Shown here piece after piece: positions 36,481 through 47,580 of a DNA stretch of 64,000 nt. Position 1 is the stretch's first letter, and every line of letters begins with the position of its first letter. The position numbers and the translations under genes were made by a program. The notes under the pieces are model-generated. The model was given only the letters and a program-made list of their open reading frames with translations. It searched no databases and was not told the DNA's origin. Origin of the DNA: Bryobacteraceae bacterium (GTDB lineage Bacteria; Acidobacteriota; Terriglobia; Bryobacterales; Bryobacteraceae); contig JBJMGM010000144.1 of the NCBI GenBank assembly GCA_045807905.1, positions 871-64,870 on the forward strand, in the 5' to 3' direction.

Positions 36481-37131
36481 CTAGACAGGTTCTGCCCGAA
36501 CTATTTGCCTGCGGCGGCGCCAGGCTCGGCTTGCACCGGCCATCAATAAACCCGCACCTAGCAACGCGAAGCTGGCCGGTTCGGGTGCATCACATTTAGC
36601 GATAATGAACTCCTGGTCGCGGTAACACGAGGCGGAGGAAACAATCTCGAAATTCGCGAAATTCAGGCCGCTGGTGTTGTAGTTTTGGGTAGCCTGATTG
36701 ATATAGGCAGCATCGCCCGAGAACAAGTTCAAACCAGAAAGTGATGTGGAGCTCGTTATTGAATAGTTGATGATATCCCAGGCCGCGTGTTGAATGTTGA
36801 TCCGGGTCGCGCCTGAGGCTTGAGTAATCAACGTGTAAAGATAGGCGTCTTCCTGATACTCGATTCCTTTGCTGGCATTATACGTATCGGTGAGATTAGA
36901 GCTGCCGACGCTTGTCAGATTAGCGAACCAGGGCGTGTTCAACGCGCTCCAATCCTTGTTGTCCACGCAGAGCGCAGTATAGTTCATGCCGTTCACTGAG
37001 AGCGTATAAGGGCCCACGTAGATGCCTTGGCTGTCCTTTACGGCCGGATTTCCATAGTTGAGAAGCGTTACGTCCACCGTTCCTGCCGAAAGCAGGGCGC
37101 CAAATACAAAAAACGTCATGATGAATTTCAT
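36481..37131 (-). CDS. small secreted PEP-CTERM protein of unknown function
   Basis: The signal peptide is MKFIMTFFVFGALLSAG. The C-terminus is APEPASFALLGAGLLMAGASRAWRRRR. The Asn/Ser/Thr-rich mature domain contains LCVD and IQHAAW motifs (see findings). Confidence 0.8.
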   Translation of the reverse strand: MKFIMTFFVFGALLSAGTVDVTLLNYGNPAVKDSQGIYVGPYTLSVNGMNYTALCVDNKDWSALNTPWFANLTSVGSSNLTDTYNASKGIEYQEDAYLYTLITQASGATRINIQHAAWDIINYSITSSTSLSGLNLFSGDAAYINQATQNYNTSGLNFANFEIVSSASCYRDQEFIIAKCDAPEPASFALLGAGLLMAGASRAWRRRRQIVRAEPV

Positions 37132-37407
37132 GGTCAGCTCTCCAAAGCTTGCGATTTACACCACGAAGCGCGATATGCGTTCAGGTGTTTCGAGCTTAAA
37201 CCCGCTCAGCGAGGCAAACCAGTGTCCTTTAAGGTTTAAGGTGTTTGAAACGAGCAGTACCCATTGCGTTCTGTGCGAGGCGATAGCAGACCTTACTCCC
37301 CGGATGGATAGAACGCGGTAGACGTTCGGCAACCAGTAAGCGGCCGGCGAGCGGGCCGATTCAGTCGTAATAAAAGGCCGCAATCTGATGTCTAATCAGC
37401 GATAGCC

Positions 37408-38391
37408 ATGAGCGAGCGCAGGAAGCTTGGAAACAGCGATATTGAAATTACCCCATTAGGGATCGGCGCCTGGGCTATGGGAGGTTCAGGTTGGGCGTTT
37501 GCCTGGGGCGACCAGGACGACCGGGACTCCATCGCGGCCATTCGTGCAGCCCTGGATGCAGGAATCAATTGGATCGATACAGCTGCGATTTACGGACTTG
37601 GCCATTCGGAAGAAGTCGTTGGCAAGGCTTTGCAGGAAGTCTCCAAGAAGCCCTACGTCTTCACAAAATCTGAGCGCCGCTGGGATGCGGAGGGCAAGAT
37701 TTTCGGTTCGCTGAAAGCCGATTCTATTCGCAAAGAATGTGAAGACAGCTTGAGGCGTTTGAACATTGACGCAATTGATGTGTATCAAATCCACTGGCCG
37801 GCCCCAGAGCACGATATTGAGGAGGGCTGGACGGAGATGGCGCGCCTGAAAGAAGAAGGCAAGGTGCGCTGGATCGGCGTCTCGAATTTCAACGTGAATC
37901 AGATGAAACGGGCACTACGGATCGCTCCGATAACGTCGCTCCAACCACCGTATTCTTTACTCGCTCGGGACTCCGAGCGGGAGATTCTTCCCTTTGCAAA
38001 AGAGAACAACATTGGAGTGATTGTATATTCGCCGATGCGCGCCGGACTCCTGACGGGTAAGATGACCAGGCAGCGGGCGCTCAATCTGCCTACAGACGAT
38101 TGGCGGGCGAGGGACCCGGACTTCAAAGAGCCCAAGCTCAGCCGCAACCTGGAGCTTGTAGAAGTGCTTCGCCAAATCGGGAACCGTCACGGGCGCACTC
38201 CCGCCGAAGTCGCACTTGCATGGACATTGAACAACCCCGCAGTAACGGGCGCAATTGTGGGGCTGCGTAGGGCGGACCAGGTTGAGGGCACGATAGGCGC
38301 ACTGAATTTTCGGCTAGCTACAGAAGAGATTTCTGAGATCGAGGCGTTTTTTGAGCAGCCGGCTCATGCCAAGCAAGCAGCTCCCGCATAA
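37408..38391 (+). CDS. aldo/keto reductase
   Basis: ITPLGIGAWAMGG, DTAAIYGLGHSEEVVGKAL, IDVYQIHWP and GVSNF are present. Confidence 0.9.
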   Translation: MSERRKLGNSDIEITPLGIGAWAMGGSGWAFAWGDQDDRDSIAAIRAALDAGINWIDTAAIYGLGHSEEVVGKALQEVSKKPYVFTKSERRWDAEGKIFGSLKADSIRKECEDSLRRLNIDAIDVYQIHWPAPEHDIEEGWTEMARLKEEGKVRWIGVSNFNVNQMKRALRIAPITSLQPPYSLLARDSEREILPFAKENNIGVIVYSPMRAGLLTGKMTRQRALNLPTDDWRARDPDFKEPKLSRNLELVEVLRQIGNRHGRTPAEVALAWTLNNPAVTGAIVGLRRADQVEGTIGALNFRLATEEISEIEAFFEQPAHAKQAAPA

Positions 38392-38505
38392 CAATCCCAC
38401 ATCGCGGAAAGCAAACGTGAAGTTAGCATGGGCTTGGTTACTGCTCTGTATCGCGTTTCTGCTGCACGTGGCGCTTGAGTGCAACCAGCGGGGCAGCAAA
38501 ACGCA

Positions 38506-38529
38506 AAAACGAACCCAAATGAGTTCGTT
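38506..38529 (-). terminator. weak candidate intrinsic terminator downstream of the minus-strand receptor gene
   Basis: A perfect 8-bp inverted repeat AAACGAAC/GTTCGTTT has an 8-nt loop. Read on the minus strand it is followed by TTGCGTTTTG. The stem has only 3 G-C pairs and sits about 150 nt past the stop, so support is weak. Confidence 0.3.
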
Positions 38530-38678
38530 TGGTAAAAACCCCACCCGAACCTCAAAACCGGGCCAACATCAGACGGCCGTCACAAATGCCAAAATGTTTT
38601 ATCCTGCTCTAAATCAATGGCTTCGTCCGAGTGCAAGGCGCTACCGTGCACCGTTCGCCGGCGAAGATCACTACAGGC

Positions 38679-41600
38679 TCACCAAATGAACTTCAACGCG
38701 AACTGAAGCTGCCGATTGCTAGCCGCCGTGCTGTTGATCGTGTTGAACGAACCGATCTGACTGATGTCGGCACGCCCAACCGGGAACCTGCCAGTCGGAT
38801 CGTAGTTGGGGTACGTGTCCGCGAATGGGTTCGGCATTGAGAAAATTGGGTGATTCAGCAGATTGAAGGCTTCAAACCGGAACTGCAGTCTCAGCCGCTC
38901 GGTCAAGTTGGTTGTCTTCATCGCACTGAAATCGAAACTCACAAATTTCGGTCCACGCAGAACACTGCGTCCCGCGTTTCCAAACACCTCTTGTTCAGTC
39001 GGCAGCGCGAAAGCAGAGAGGTTCCACCAGTCCAAAATCTGATGAGGACCATCATTTGCGTTTCCGACGATGTCGCAGTTGTCCTGCTCAAAGTTGACTC
39101 TGTTCACGGCTGGATCGCTCGTAGTCAGACAGGAAGCCGGAAAACCGGTGCGTACCACACTGATTCCGCCGATCTGCCATCCGCCGAACAGCCCGTCAAC
39201 CAAACCGTTCCAGCTCGAGCCCCAGTGGCGTCCTTTTCCGAACGGGAGTTCGTACAACGCGCTGTTCACCCAGTTGAACTTTGCGTCGAAGACCGAAGGT
39301 CCGTAGTCTAGCCTGTAGTCGTAGATATGCGGTGTCGCTTGGCCGTTCCCGCCGTCGCGCGTCGACGAAGCGGTGTCGAAAGACTTGGACCAGGTGAATG
39401 AACTGAGGAACGTGAAGCCTTGCGAGAAACGCTTCTCCACTTTGGTTTGCAAGGAGTTGTAGTTAGCCGACGTTGCGCTCTCGAAACGATTGTAATAGGA
39501 TGCAAGGGACGGAATTCTCGGCGGTAGATACGTCACCGGCTGCACCACTTGATTGCCATTCATCACCGGAAACGTCTGATTTTGGTCTGTGAGGTGCGGC
39601 AGGTGCGTAGAGGCCGAACCGACATACGCTACCTCCAATATCAGATTTTGAACGAGTTCCTGCTGGATCCCGAAACTCCATTGCTGGATGCGCGGCGTTT
39701 TCAAATGCGGGTCAACGGTGAATTCGGAAGGTTGGATGATGGTCTGCGTGGTGTTGTTGAAAACCTGGTTGATGACATTGTATTGCCCTTTATTGATGAA
39801 CTTCGCGGAGCGCGGTGCGTTCCGCGCAAAGTCAAACCATGGATCGGCGTTCATGGGCGAATAGAAGATACCGGCTCCGCCCCGGATGACCGACTTGCCG
39901 TGAGCGAACGCGGGCGACCATGCAAATCCCAATCGTGGTGACCAGTTGGTCTTGTCCGTGAACACTAAGTTAGGGCCTAAACGGTTGTCCCGCACGAAAG
40001 GCAGATAGGTGGGTGAGTTGGGATCGGAGTCGAAATGCGCCGGCGGGAAGTCCTCGTATGGATCACCGTGCCCGGGCCGAACCACAACCGGAATTGGCCC
40101 GCTGAAATCGACGTTCACCATGGAATCTCTGAGATCGTGCCAATAAGGGGCCACTTCATACCGGAGGCCAAGATTTACGGTGAGATTCGGCGATACCTTG
40201 AAGTCGTCTTGTATGTAGTAGGCCTGAGTCCAGCGGAACAGGTGTACGTGCGAGTCTCCGGTGGCCACCTCGGAATCATTGCTGATCCCAAGCAATAATG
40301 AGGCGAGTGAAAGCCCGCCGGTCTGGTCGACGGCGCCCGTCGCTATTGCCGGGTTCTGAAATGACGCACGCGACAGATTGTGTGACAGCAAATTCAGGTT
40401 TTCGCGCCGGAAATCGACGCCCGCCTTAAGAGTGTGCCGCTGCCGGATAAATGACCAGTCATCGCCGTACTCGTAAGTAGTCTGCACTTTACGCAAAGGA
40501 TGACCAAAGGCATCTTCTCCCAGGCTCAGAAAGTTATCCCCCGCGCCGCTGAAGCTTGGCGTCCCAAAATCGATTGGATCTCCGGATGCGCCGGGAATAC
40601 CAAGATCGGCCACAACGTTGGTCGTACCCGCCAACGGGCCCAAATTGCTGCTAGCTGCCCGGAGATAGTTGGCCTTGATTTCGTTTACCATCCGCCCGCC
40701 AATAGTCCAGGCGTGATGCAGTGTCACCGTTTGAGTTTTCACCGCCTCCGTTAGATCTCTGACGGGCATGACATTGTTGTTGATAACGTCCTCGCGTCCC
40801 CAGGAGTATCGGCCCCACAAATTCATGCTCGGGTTCATCACATAGTCGATCCGGCCCGCCGCTTGGTCGTAATTCGTAGGCGTGCTGACCACGCCGACAT
40901 AGTTGTTCAGGAGTCCTGGACGATTCGGTTGAGGAACGTAGGCAGAGGAAAGAAAAGCGGCACCTGAAGGATTCCAGCATTGTTGAGGGATCATCATGTT
41001 GGGCCACGGCACGTTTGTATTCGGATTAGGGTTGAAACAGCCAGGTGGAAGAGTATTGCCGGCGCGAAATGTAGATGAGCCGTCCGGGTTCGTGATATGC
41101 GGCATGTAGATAGGAATTCCGTAACCCGAGAAATCGCCGTTCTGCACACCGGGCAACGGCACCGTTGCTGTCGAAGCGCCACCTGTGCGGTCACGAAGTC
41201 CTTCATACGCGCCGAAGAAAAACAGCTTGTCTTTGACAATCCGGCCGCCCGCAGTCGCCCCGAACTGGTTCCGTTTGAACGGCGGCTTAGGAGCACCTGG
41301 GAAAGCGTTGATGTCGTTGAAATAGTCTTTGGCATCCAGCGCAGAATTGCGCAGGAAGTCATAAGCAGTGCCATGAAGCGAATTGGTGCCGCCCTTGGTA
41401 ACGGCATTCACCTGCGCGGCGCCCCGCCCGAACTCCGCCGTGTACGAGTTCGTCTGCACCTTGAATTCCTGGATCTCATCGATTGAAGGAATAGCTGCGA
41501 CTGTATTGAAATCCGGCGATGTATCGGTTGCGCCATCCAAAAGGAAATTGGTGTCCTGCGCACGCGCTCCGCCCAGCGAGTACTGATCGTTCACTCGCCG

Positions 41601-42191
41601 TCCAACGTCGCGTACTTCTTGGAAGCGGGTGTTTGCGTCTTTTGTGAAAGTGACGCCGGGCGCGAGCGTGGATAGATCCAGAAAATTCCGCCCATTCAAA
41701 GGCAGATCCACCACGCGCTTATTATCGATCACTTGTCCTACCGTGCTCGATTCGGTTTCGAGTATAGGCGCCTCTCCCGTCGCCGTCACCGTTTCGCTAA
41801 CCCGACCCAGTTCGAGCGTGACGTCCATACGGGCTTTTTGGTCGACTTGCAGGTTGAACGGGGGCACAGAAGCAGTGTGGAAACTAGCGTGTTTCACGGT
41901 CACTGAATACATGCCTGGCTCGAGAGCGGTAACCGTATAGTCCCCCGTGCTCGTCGTACGCGTCACGTGCGGAGTGTTTCGGGACGTATTGGTCACCGTC
42001 ACTTCTGCGTCCGGAACTACCGCGCCCGTGGAATCGTAAACCATTCCGGTCACCGAGCCGGTTCCGATTTGCGCCAGCCCGCTGCCCGCGAATAGCGTTG
42101 TTAACGCAAAAAGAAGCGAAACACCTAACCAAATCTTCCTACTACCGACTGTGTTTGATATCGACACCTTTTGCCCCCTTCGTTCCCACAT
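38679..42191 (-). CDS. Oar-like TonB-dependent outer-membrane receptor with N-terminal carboxypeptidase-regulatory-like domain
   Basis: 1170 aa. A signal peptide precedes the CarboxypepD_reg-like [24 protein letters not shown]...[15 protein letters not shown]. The plug region is [19 protein letters not shown] long beta-barrel ends in the aromatic terminus LKFIW. An in-frame GTG at 42167 has a better SD (GAAGGGGG) than ATG 42191. Confidence 0.8.
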   Translation of the reverse strand: MWERRGQKVSISNTVGSRKIWLGVSLLFALTTLFAGSGLAQIGTGSVTGMVYDSTGAVVPDAEVTVTNTSRNTPHVTRTTSTGDYTVTALEPGMYSVTVKHASFHTASVPPFNLQVDQKARMDVTLELGRVSETVTATGEAPILETESSTVGQVIDNKRVVDLPLNGRNFLDLSTLAPGVTFTKDANTRFQEVRDVGRRVNDQYSLGGARAQDTNFLLDGATDTSPDFNTVAAIPSIDEIQEFKVQTNSYTAEFGRGAAQVNAVTKGGTNSLHGTAYDFLRNSALDAKDYFNDINAFPGAPKPPFKRNQFGATAGGRIVKDKLFFFGAYEGLRDRTGGASTATVPLPGVQNGDFSGYGIPIYMPHITNPDGSSTFRAGNTLPPGCFNPNPNTNVPWPNMMIPQQCWNPSGAAFLSSAYVPQPNRPGLLNNYVGVVSTPTNYDQAAGRIDYVMNPSMNLWGRYSWGREDVINNNVMPVRDLTEAVKTQTVTLHHAWTIGGRMVNEIKANYLRAASSNLGPLAGTTNVVADLGIPGASGDPIDFGTPSFSGAGDNFLSLGEDAFGHPLRKVQTTYEYGDDWSFIRQRHTLKAGVDFRRENLNLLSHNLSRASFQNPAIATGAVDQTGGLSLASLLLGISNDSEVATGDSHVHLFRWTQAYYIQDDFKVSPNLTVNLGLRYEVAPYWHDLRDSMVNVDFSGPIPVVVRPGHGDPYEDFPPAHFDSDPNSPTYLPFVRDNRLGPNLVFTDKTNWSPRLGFAWSPAFAHGKSVIRGGAGIFYSPMNADPWFDFARNAPRSAKFINKGQYNVINQVFNNTTQTIIQPSEFTVDPHLKTPRIQQWSFGIQQELVQNLILEVAYVGSASTHLPHLTDQNQTFPVMNGNQVVQPVTYLPPRIPSLASYYNRFESATSANYNSLQTKVEKRFSQGFTFLSSFTWSKSFDTASSTRDGGNGQATPHIYDYRLDYGPSVFDAKFNWVNSALYELPFGKGRHWGSSWNGLVDGLFGGWQIGGISVVRTGFPASCLTTSDPAVNRVNFEQDNCDIVGNANDGPHQILDWWNLSAFALPTEQEVFGNAGRSVLRGPKFVSFDFSAMKTTNLTERLRLQFRFEAFNLLNHPIFSMPNPFADTYPNYDPTGRFPVGRADISQIGSFNTINSTAASNRQLQFALKFIW

Positions 42192-42202
42192 CTTCGTCGT
42201 AT

Positions 42203-42260
42203 GTCGGGTTCTTCAGACCGAAGTTGGTGCCCGCGCTTGCTCTAGCGAGGGCAACCCGAC
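42203..42260. promoter_or_regulatory. 58-nt nested inverted-repeat element in the divergent receptor intergenic region
   Basis: An outer 8-bp stem GTCGGGTT/AACCCGAC (42203-42210 / 42253-42260) encloses hairpin CTTC-agacc-GAAG (42211-42223) and hairpin GCCCgCGCT-tgctct-AGCGaGGGC (42229-42252). Function unknown. Confidence 0.3.
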
Positions 42261-42528
42261 AAGTTACGATGAGTTTCCAAAGAGTATACTCTCGCACATA
42301 CGCTCGAGGCAAGGCGTTCGCTATCAACGACGGACCCACATTTCCCTTTTTCTCGTATGCGAATCTGTGATACTATTCCTCCCAAGTTGAACGGGGGATC
42401 GGACTCGGGGATATTACGTCCGAACACGGAAACTCGATTCGCAGGGCGGAGAGTTGGGCAAGGGGAGCAGGTACGAATGCATGGGCACTGCGCTCCGTCT
42501 GCGCAAACTGCAAATTAGGGGAGGCTCG

Positions 42529-45500
42529 ATGCATCGTATGCTGTTAAATCGACACAGAGTCAGCTTGCTTGGCTCACCCGTAGCGGTGATTGCGATAGCA
42601 GTTGTTATTGCGTTATGCACTGGTGGGCGGACACCCGCCCAAGTCTTATATGGGTCGCTAGTCGGCAATGTTACGGACGTGAACGGGGCCGTTGTGCCTG
42701 AGGCGGTTGCGACAGCGACAAACCAAGACACAGGGATAGCGAAGACTACGAAAACCGATGCCAGCGGAACATATCAGTTTCTGGATCTTCAGCCCGGCAC
42801 CTATTCAATCAAAATTGCGGTGTCGGGGTTCAAGACCTACGAACGGCGTGATCTTCCGGTCGCCGCGAATAACGTAACGCGCAATGATGTGGGACTGGAG
42901 ATTGGAAGTATCGAGCAATCAATCACGGTTACAGGGGTCGCGCCGGCACTGCAAACCGACCGCGCTGAGGTGCGCGCCAATATCAGTGCGGCAGAGCTCG
43001 AGAACCTTCCCGTGACGCTCGGCCGCAATTACCAGCAGGTTTACCGCACGCTGCCGGGCTTTTCACCGCCCGTCAACTCGCATTCTATTCCTACTAACCC
43101 GTCCCGGGCGCTGGAATTCAATGTCAACGGCACCAGTGACGATCAGAATAATACGCGCATTGATGGGGTAAGCGCTACTCACGTGCAGTTACCGCATGTC
43201 GTCGCATACATCCCGGCGCTCGAATCTATCGAAGAAGTGAACGTCGTTACCAATAGCTTCGACGCGGAGCAGGGGTTAGCAGGCGGCGCCGCCATTAACG
43301 TCCAGATCAAGAGCGGAACCAACCAGCTACACGGCTCGGGTTTTGAATATCACAGCGATAATCACTTGAAGGCCTGGCCTTGGGACCGCGGGACTGACGT
43401 AAACAAGCCGAAACTGGTTTATAACCAATTTGGCGGTACTCTCGGCGGGCCAATAATAAAGGACAAGCTGTTCTATTTCGCCAGCTACGAAGGGACCTTC
43501 GACCACCGTGCCGTGCAGCGAAAGGTGACAGTACCGACCGATGCCATGAAGGCGGGCGATTTTTCCGAATTTCTACCGGATTTTGTTGTCTATAATCCTT
43601 ACACCGATGCGACAGGCACGGCGCTCGCCGATCCCTCGCAACGGCAACCGATGGCTGCTCCCGGTGATCCGCGATGCAACACAGCGACCAACCCGGGCTG
43701 TCTGAACATCATTCCCCAGAGCCTGCTGAACACCCCGAGCGGCCAGATCGTTCAGAAGATGGTGGGTCTCTGGCCCGAGCCCAACGTACCCGGGGCCGGA
43801 TTGAGCAACAACTACTTCGCCTCAGGTCCGTTCGGGTTCGACCGCCACACGTTGGATACGAAAATCAATTGGAACGTGAGTAACAAATTGTCGGTGTTCG
43901 GCCGCTTCAGCTTTCTCCACTACTCGGACTTCACGCCGACGGTTTTCGGCGATGCGCTGGTCGGAAGGCCGATTGGCGGGAGCAGCAACTCCGGGAACGG
44001 ACACGGGGAAACGTATAACACCACTTTCGGTGGCGTATACACAATCAAACCCAACTTCGTTATCGATGCCTACTTCGGCTTTGACAAGCAAGGCACCAGT
44101 TCCGAGCCACCCGGCGTGGGAAAGAATATAGGCAGTGACGTTTTGGGGATTCCCGGCACTAACGGACCTCGCCGATTTGAGAGTGGGTGGCCCGAGTTCG
44201 ACTTCAACGGCACCGACGATTTCGCCACCATCGGAATCGACAATAATTTCATGCCCTACTACCGCCACGATCCGCAGTATCAATACGTGGTGAACTTCAA
44301 CTGGATCCGTGGGACGCACAATATTCGATTTGGGACCGATATCTATAGGCAGGGACTAAATCAGACCCAGGCGGAGTGGATCGGCGGCGGCTCGTTTTTC
44401 GGGTCGCAGGGCGGTTTCGATTTTGGACAAAACGTGACAGCGCTTTGCCAAGATCCGCCTGCTTGCGACGTAGGGACAAGTTCCAACCGCGCCAATTCTT
44501 TTGCATCGTTCCTGTTGGGTCTGCCCGATCAGGCAAGCAGAACCTACCAGGTCCCTGACGTCTACACGATCCGCGCCAACCTGTACAGCGCCTACATACG
44601 CGACCGGTGGAATGTCACCCCCCGCCTGACGCTCGATTACGGCGTCCGCTGGGAGATGTTTCCGTACCCTACACGCACGAATCGTGGCTTGGAACGTTAC
44701 GACCCCGATACGAATAAGGTTCTGATCTGCGGAATGGGCTCGGTTCCCGACGGCTGCGGTGTCGAAATCAGCAAGAAGCGCTTTTCGCCTCGCCTTGGCG
44801 TAGCCTGGCGCCCGACGGACAAGTTCGTGCTGCGCGCAGGATACGGAATTACCAACGACCCGCATGAAGCGATGGAACTGCTGCGCAACAACTATCCGGT
44901 AATGGTCCCGTTCGGCATACAAACCGCAAATAGCTTCGTCCCGGCCACCACGCTTGCGCAAGGTATTCCGCCCATTGCAAATCCCGATTTGGACAACGGC
45001 GTCCTCGATTTACCGCTCAATGTCGGATTCGAAGGCATGCCGAAGAATTTGCATCGAGGCTATATTCAGTCTGCGAATTTTACTATACAGCAGGAAATTG
45101 GCGGCGGGTTCACCGCGCAAGCCGGCTATGTAGCCACACGCTCCGTTCGCCAACTGGGCTACGTGGATATCAATGCGAGCCAGATCCCGTTCACAAACCG
45201 GGACACACAGCCGCTTTTCCAGAGATGGGGACGAACCGCGACAACCACGTTTATAGAGCCCTTGGGCACAGGCACGTATGATTCGCTTCAGGCCTCACTG
45301 CAGCGGCGGTTCAGCAGTGGGGTAATGTTCAACGTGAATTACACGTGGGGCAAGGCGATCAACTTCATCGATAACACCACGGGGAATATCAACGGGAGCG
45401 GAAACCCGTTTATTCAATCGCAGGCGTATATGCGAATGAATCGCGCACCCACATTCTTTGATCGCACGCACAATCTATCCATCACCAACATTTGGGACCT

Positions 45501-46077
45501 GCCATTCGGCCGCGGCCGGCACTGGCTTGCAGATAGGGGCGTGCTGACAAAGATCGCCTCCGGGTGGCAGCTGAACAACGTCTTCCTGATGGCAAGTGGC
45601 CATCCGTTCAACGTCACGGGAGACTGCGATGCCGGGTGGCCGGGCAACGCTCCGACCATGGCCGATATCATCGGCACACCCAAAAAGCTTGACAATCCGG
45701 ACGCTTGGTACGATCCTACGGCCTTCGCCCAGGTCTATGATCCGAACAACCCCGGCTCCTGCGCCAGGCGGCTGGGCAATTCCGGTTTCGACAATCTGCG
45801 CGGGCCCGGCATCTTTAATTGGGACTTCGGAGTTTTCCGTGAATTTGCCTTCACGGAGCGTGTACATCTACAGTTCCGTGTCGAGTCGTTCAACTTCACG
45901 AATACACCCCACTTTGACATTCCCGATGCGTCTCTTGGCGACGCCGGCGCGTTCAATCCATCGACTGGGCGAGTTATAGAACAGGGCGACTTCATGAGGA
46001 TTACGTCTGTAACGGATCTCGCGCGCGAAGGAATTGACGAACGTCAGTTCCGATTCGGCCTGCGCTTCAGCTTCTGA
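42529..46077 (+). CDS. Oar-like TonB-dependent outer-membrane receptor with N-terminal carboxypeptidase-regulatory-like domain
   Basis: ATG 42529 is preceded by AGGGGAGG. A signal peptide precedes GSLVGNVTDVNGAVVPEAVATATN...GTYQFLDLQPGTYSI. The plug region is ELENLPVTLGRNYQQV. The barrel terminus is GLRFSF. This is a paralogue of 38679-42191. Confidence 0.8.
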   Translation: MHRMLLNRHRVSLLGSPVAVIAIAVVIALCTGGRTPAQVLYGSLVGNVTDVNGAVVPEAVATATNQDTGIAKTTKTDASGTYQFLDLQPGTYSIKIAVSGFKTYERRDLPVAANNVTRNDVGLEIGSIEQSITVTGVAPALQTDRAEVRANISAAELENLPVTLGRNYQQVYRTLPGFSPPVNSHSIPTNPSRALEFNVNGTSDDQNNTRIDGVSATHVQLPHVVAYIPALESIEEVNVVTNSFDAEQGLAGGAAINVQIKSGTNQLHGSGFEYHSDNHLKAWPWDRGTDVNKPKLVYNQFGGTLGGPIIKDKLFYFASYEGTFDHRAVQRKVTVPTDAMKAGDFSEFLPDFVVYNPYTDATGTALADPSQRQPMAAPGDPRCNTATNPGCLNIIPQSLLNTPSGQIVQKMVGLWPEPNVPGAGLSNNYFASGPFGFDRHTLDTKINWNVSNKLSVFGRFSFLHYSDFTPTVFGDALVGRPIGGSSNSGNGHGETYNTTFGGVYTIKPNFVIDAYFGFDKQGTSSEPPGVGKNIGSDVLGIPGTNGPRRFESGWPEFDFNGTDDFATIGIDNNFMPYYRHDPQYQYVVNFNWIRGTHNIRFGTDIYRQGLNQTQAEWIGGGSFFGSQGGFDFGQNVTALCQDPPACDVGTSSNRANSFASFLLGLPDQASRTYQVPDVYTIRANLYSAYIRDRWNVTPRLTLDYGVRWEMFPYPTRTNRGLERYDPDTNKVLICGMGSVPDGCGVEISKKRFSPRLGVAWRPTDKFVLRAGYGITNDPHEAMELLRNNYPVMVPFGIQTANSFVPATTLAQGIPPIANPDLDNGVLDLPLNVGFEGMPKNLHRGYIQSANFTIQQEIGGGFTAQAGYVATRSVRQLGYVDINASQIPFTNRDTQPLFQRWGRTATTTFIEPLGTGTYDSLQASLQRRFSSGVMFNVNYTWGKAINFIDNTTGNINGSGNPFIQSQAYMRMNRAPTFFDRTHNLSITNIWDLPFGRGRHWLADRGVLTKIASGWQLNNVFLMASGHPFNVTGDCDAGWPGNAPTMADIIGTPKKLDNPDAWYDPTAFAQVYDPNNPGSCARRLGNSGFDNLRGPGIFNWDFGVFREFAFTERVHLQFRVESFNFTNTPHFDIPDASLGDAGAFNPSTGRVIEQGDFMRITSVTDLAREGIDERQFRFGLRFSF

Positions 46078-46083
46078 GGTTCC

Positions 46084-47487
46084 ATGCGGCCGGGCCTGCC
46101 GGTATGGGTTTCCGCCTCCCTGCTATTGGCATGTGCGTGGGCAGATCAGCAACCTGAGCTGCCTGGCGTTAACACGGCGAACTTTTTGCCCGCCGTCCAG
46201 GCGCAAGTCAATCAAGCTGAGCAAGAAGCCCGGACGCATCCGCGAGACCCGCGGGCTGCCGGCGCGCTGGGGATGACGCTCCACGCGTATCAGAGGTACG
46301 ATGAGGCTGCCCGCGCTTATGAGTACGCGCACTGGCTGGAGCCGCAGAAATTCGACTGGCTTTACCTGCTCGGCGCTGTCCAAATCGAGGATGGCGATTT
46401 CGCGGCCGGTGTGGCGTCATTTCAGGCTGCGCTTCGGCTCCGGCCTGACGATCTCGCTGCACAGTTGCGTCTCGCCGACGGCCTGAGCACGCTCTCCCGT
46501 TGGGAGCAGGCCGCCACCTTATACCGGCAGATTCTCGTTGCTCACGCCGACTGTCCGCAAGCTTGGTATGGGCTCGGCCGTGTAAACTCGGCGAGCGGTG
46601 ATCATGCAGACGCGGCCCAGTGCTACACCAAAGCTTGCGACCTATTTCCGCAATACGGTAGCGCTCACTTCGCACTTGCGAGGGAACTTCGCCGGTCAGG
46701 CAAGAAGGCCGACGCGGAAGAGCATCTCGCGGCGTATGCGAAGCACGTAGCTGATGAACCGCCGCTCGAAGATCCGCTGTTCAAGTGCATTCACGACCTA
46801 AACCAGAGCGTAACCGTTCACATCCAGCGCGGCGCTGAGCTCGAAAAGGCAGGCCGGCTCGACGATGCAATCCGCGAACACGAGACAGCTCTCGCCATTG
46901 ATCCAAATAACGTGCAGGTCCACGCGAATCTCTTATCACTGTTTGGACGGATCGGCGATGCCGCCAAAGCAAAGCAGCACTTCGATGCAGTGATAAAGCT
47001 GAATCCCGACCGTCCCGACGCTTGGTATGACTACGGTGTTCTCCTGTTTGAAGAAAAGCGGTACACCGAAGCAGAAGAGGCGTTTCGTCATGCTCTGTCG
47101 GGTAACCCATATTACGCCGAGGCACACAACAACCTTGGGGCGATCTACGAACAACAAGGAAAGCTTGCTGACGCAGCAAGGGAGTTCCGCGAGGCGATCG
47201 CGGAACGGCCGGATTACTCACTCGCGCGCTTTCAGCTCGGCCGTATTCTTGTAAACCAAAGCAAGTACGAGGAAGCGATTCATCAGCTTTTACGGACTCT
47301 TACATCGGAGGACGAAAAGACAACGGTGTATCTGTATGCGTTGGCCGCGACGTACGCACGTTCCGGTGATCGCGAGCACGCATTGCACTACTTTGAAAAA
47401 GCTCGTAACTCAGCCGTCGCGCATAACCAAAACCAACTGCTCGAAAAGATCCAGCGCGATATGGACACGCTCACTACCGAACGTTAG
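46084..47487 (+). CDS. secreted tetratricopeptide-repeat protein
   Basis: A signal peptide (VWVSASLLLACAWA) is followed by repeated TPR-type A-x-x-x-Y/F...P helices through the whole length (for example AWYGLGRV, AHNNLGAIYEQQGKLADA). The gene starts 6 nt after the upstream receptor gene. Confidence 0.75.
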   Translation: MRPGLPVWVSASLLLACAWADQQPELPGVNTANFLPAVQAQVNQAEQEARTHPRDPRAAGALGMTLHAYQRYDEAARAYEYAHWLEPQKFDWLYLLGAVQIEDGDFAAGVASFQAALRLRPDDLAAQLRLADGLSTLSRWEQAATLYRQILVAHADCPQAWYGLGRVNSASGDHADAAQCYTKACDLFPQYGSAHFALARELRRSGKKADAEEHLAAYAKHVADEPPLEDPLFKCIHDLNQSVTVHIQRGAELEKAGRLDDAIREHETALAIDPNNVQVHANLLSLFGRIGDAAKAKQHFDAVIKLNPDRPDAWYDYGVLLFEEKRYTEAEEAFRHALSGNPYYAEAHNNLGAIYEQQGKLADAAREFREAIAERPDYSLARFQLGRILVNQSKYEEAIHQLLRTLTSEDEKTTVYLYALAATYARSGDREHALHYFEKARNSAVAHNQNQLLEKIQRDMDTLTTER

Positions 47488-47580
47488 TGGATGACTCTGT
47501 GACCGTTATCTCGTGCGTCACCCTAATCCGGCGATACTAGCAGAGTTTGCCCCGCGTTGCAGAAGCGTAGAATTGCCAGC

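Noticed and set aside
38351-38689. 112-aa plus-strand ORF in the 287-nt convergent gap between the aldo-keto reductase and receptor genes
   Set aside because: It starts inside the reductase gene. The translation is highly basic and low-complexity apart from one hydrophobic stretch. It has no SD, so I treated the gap as non-coding 3' UTR/terminator space.
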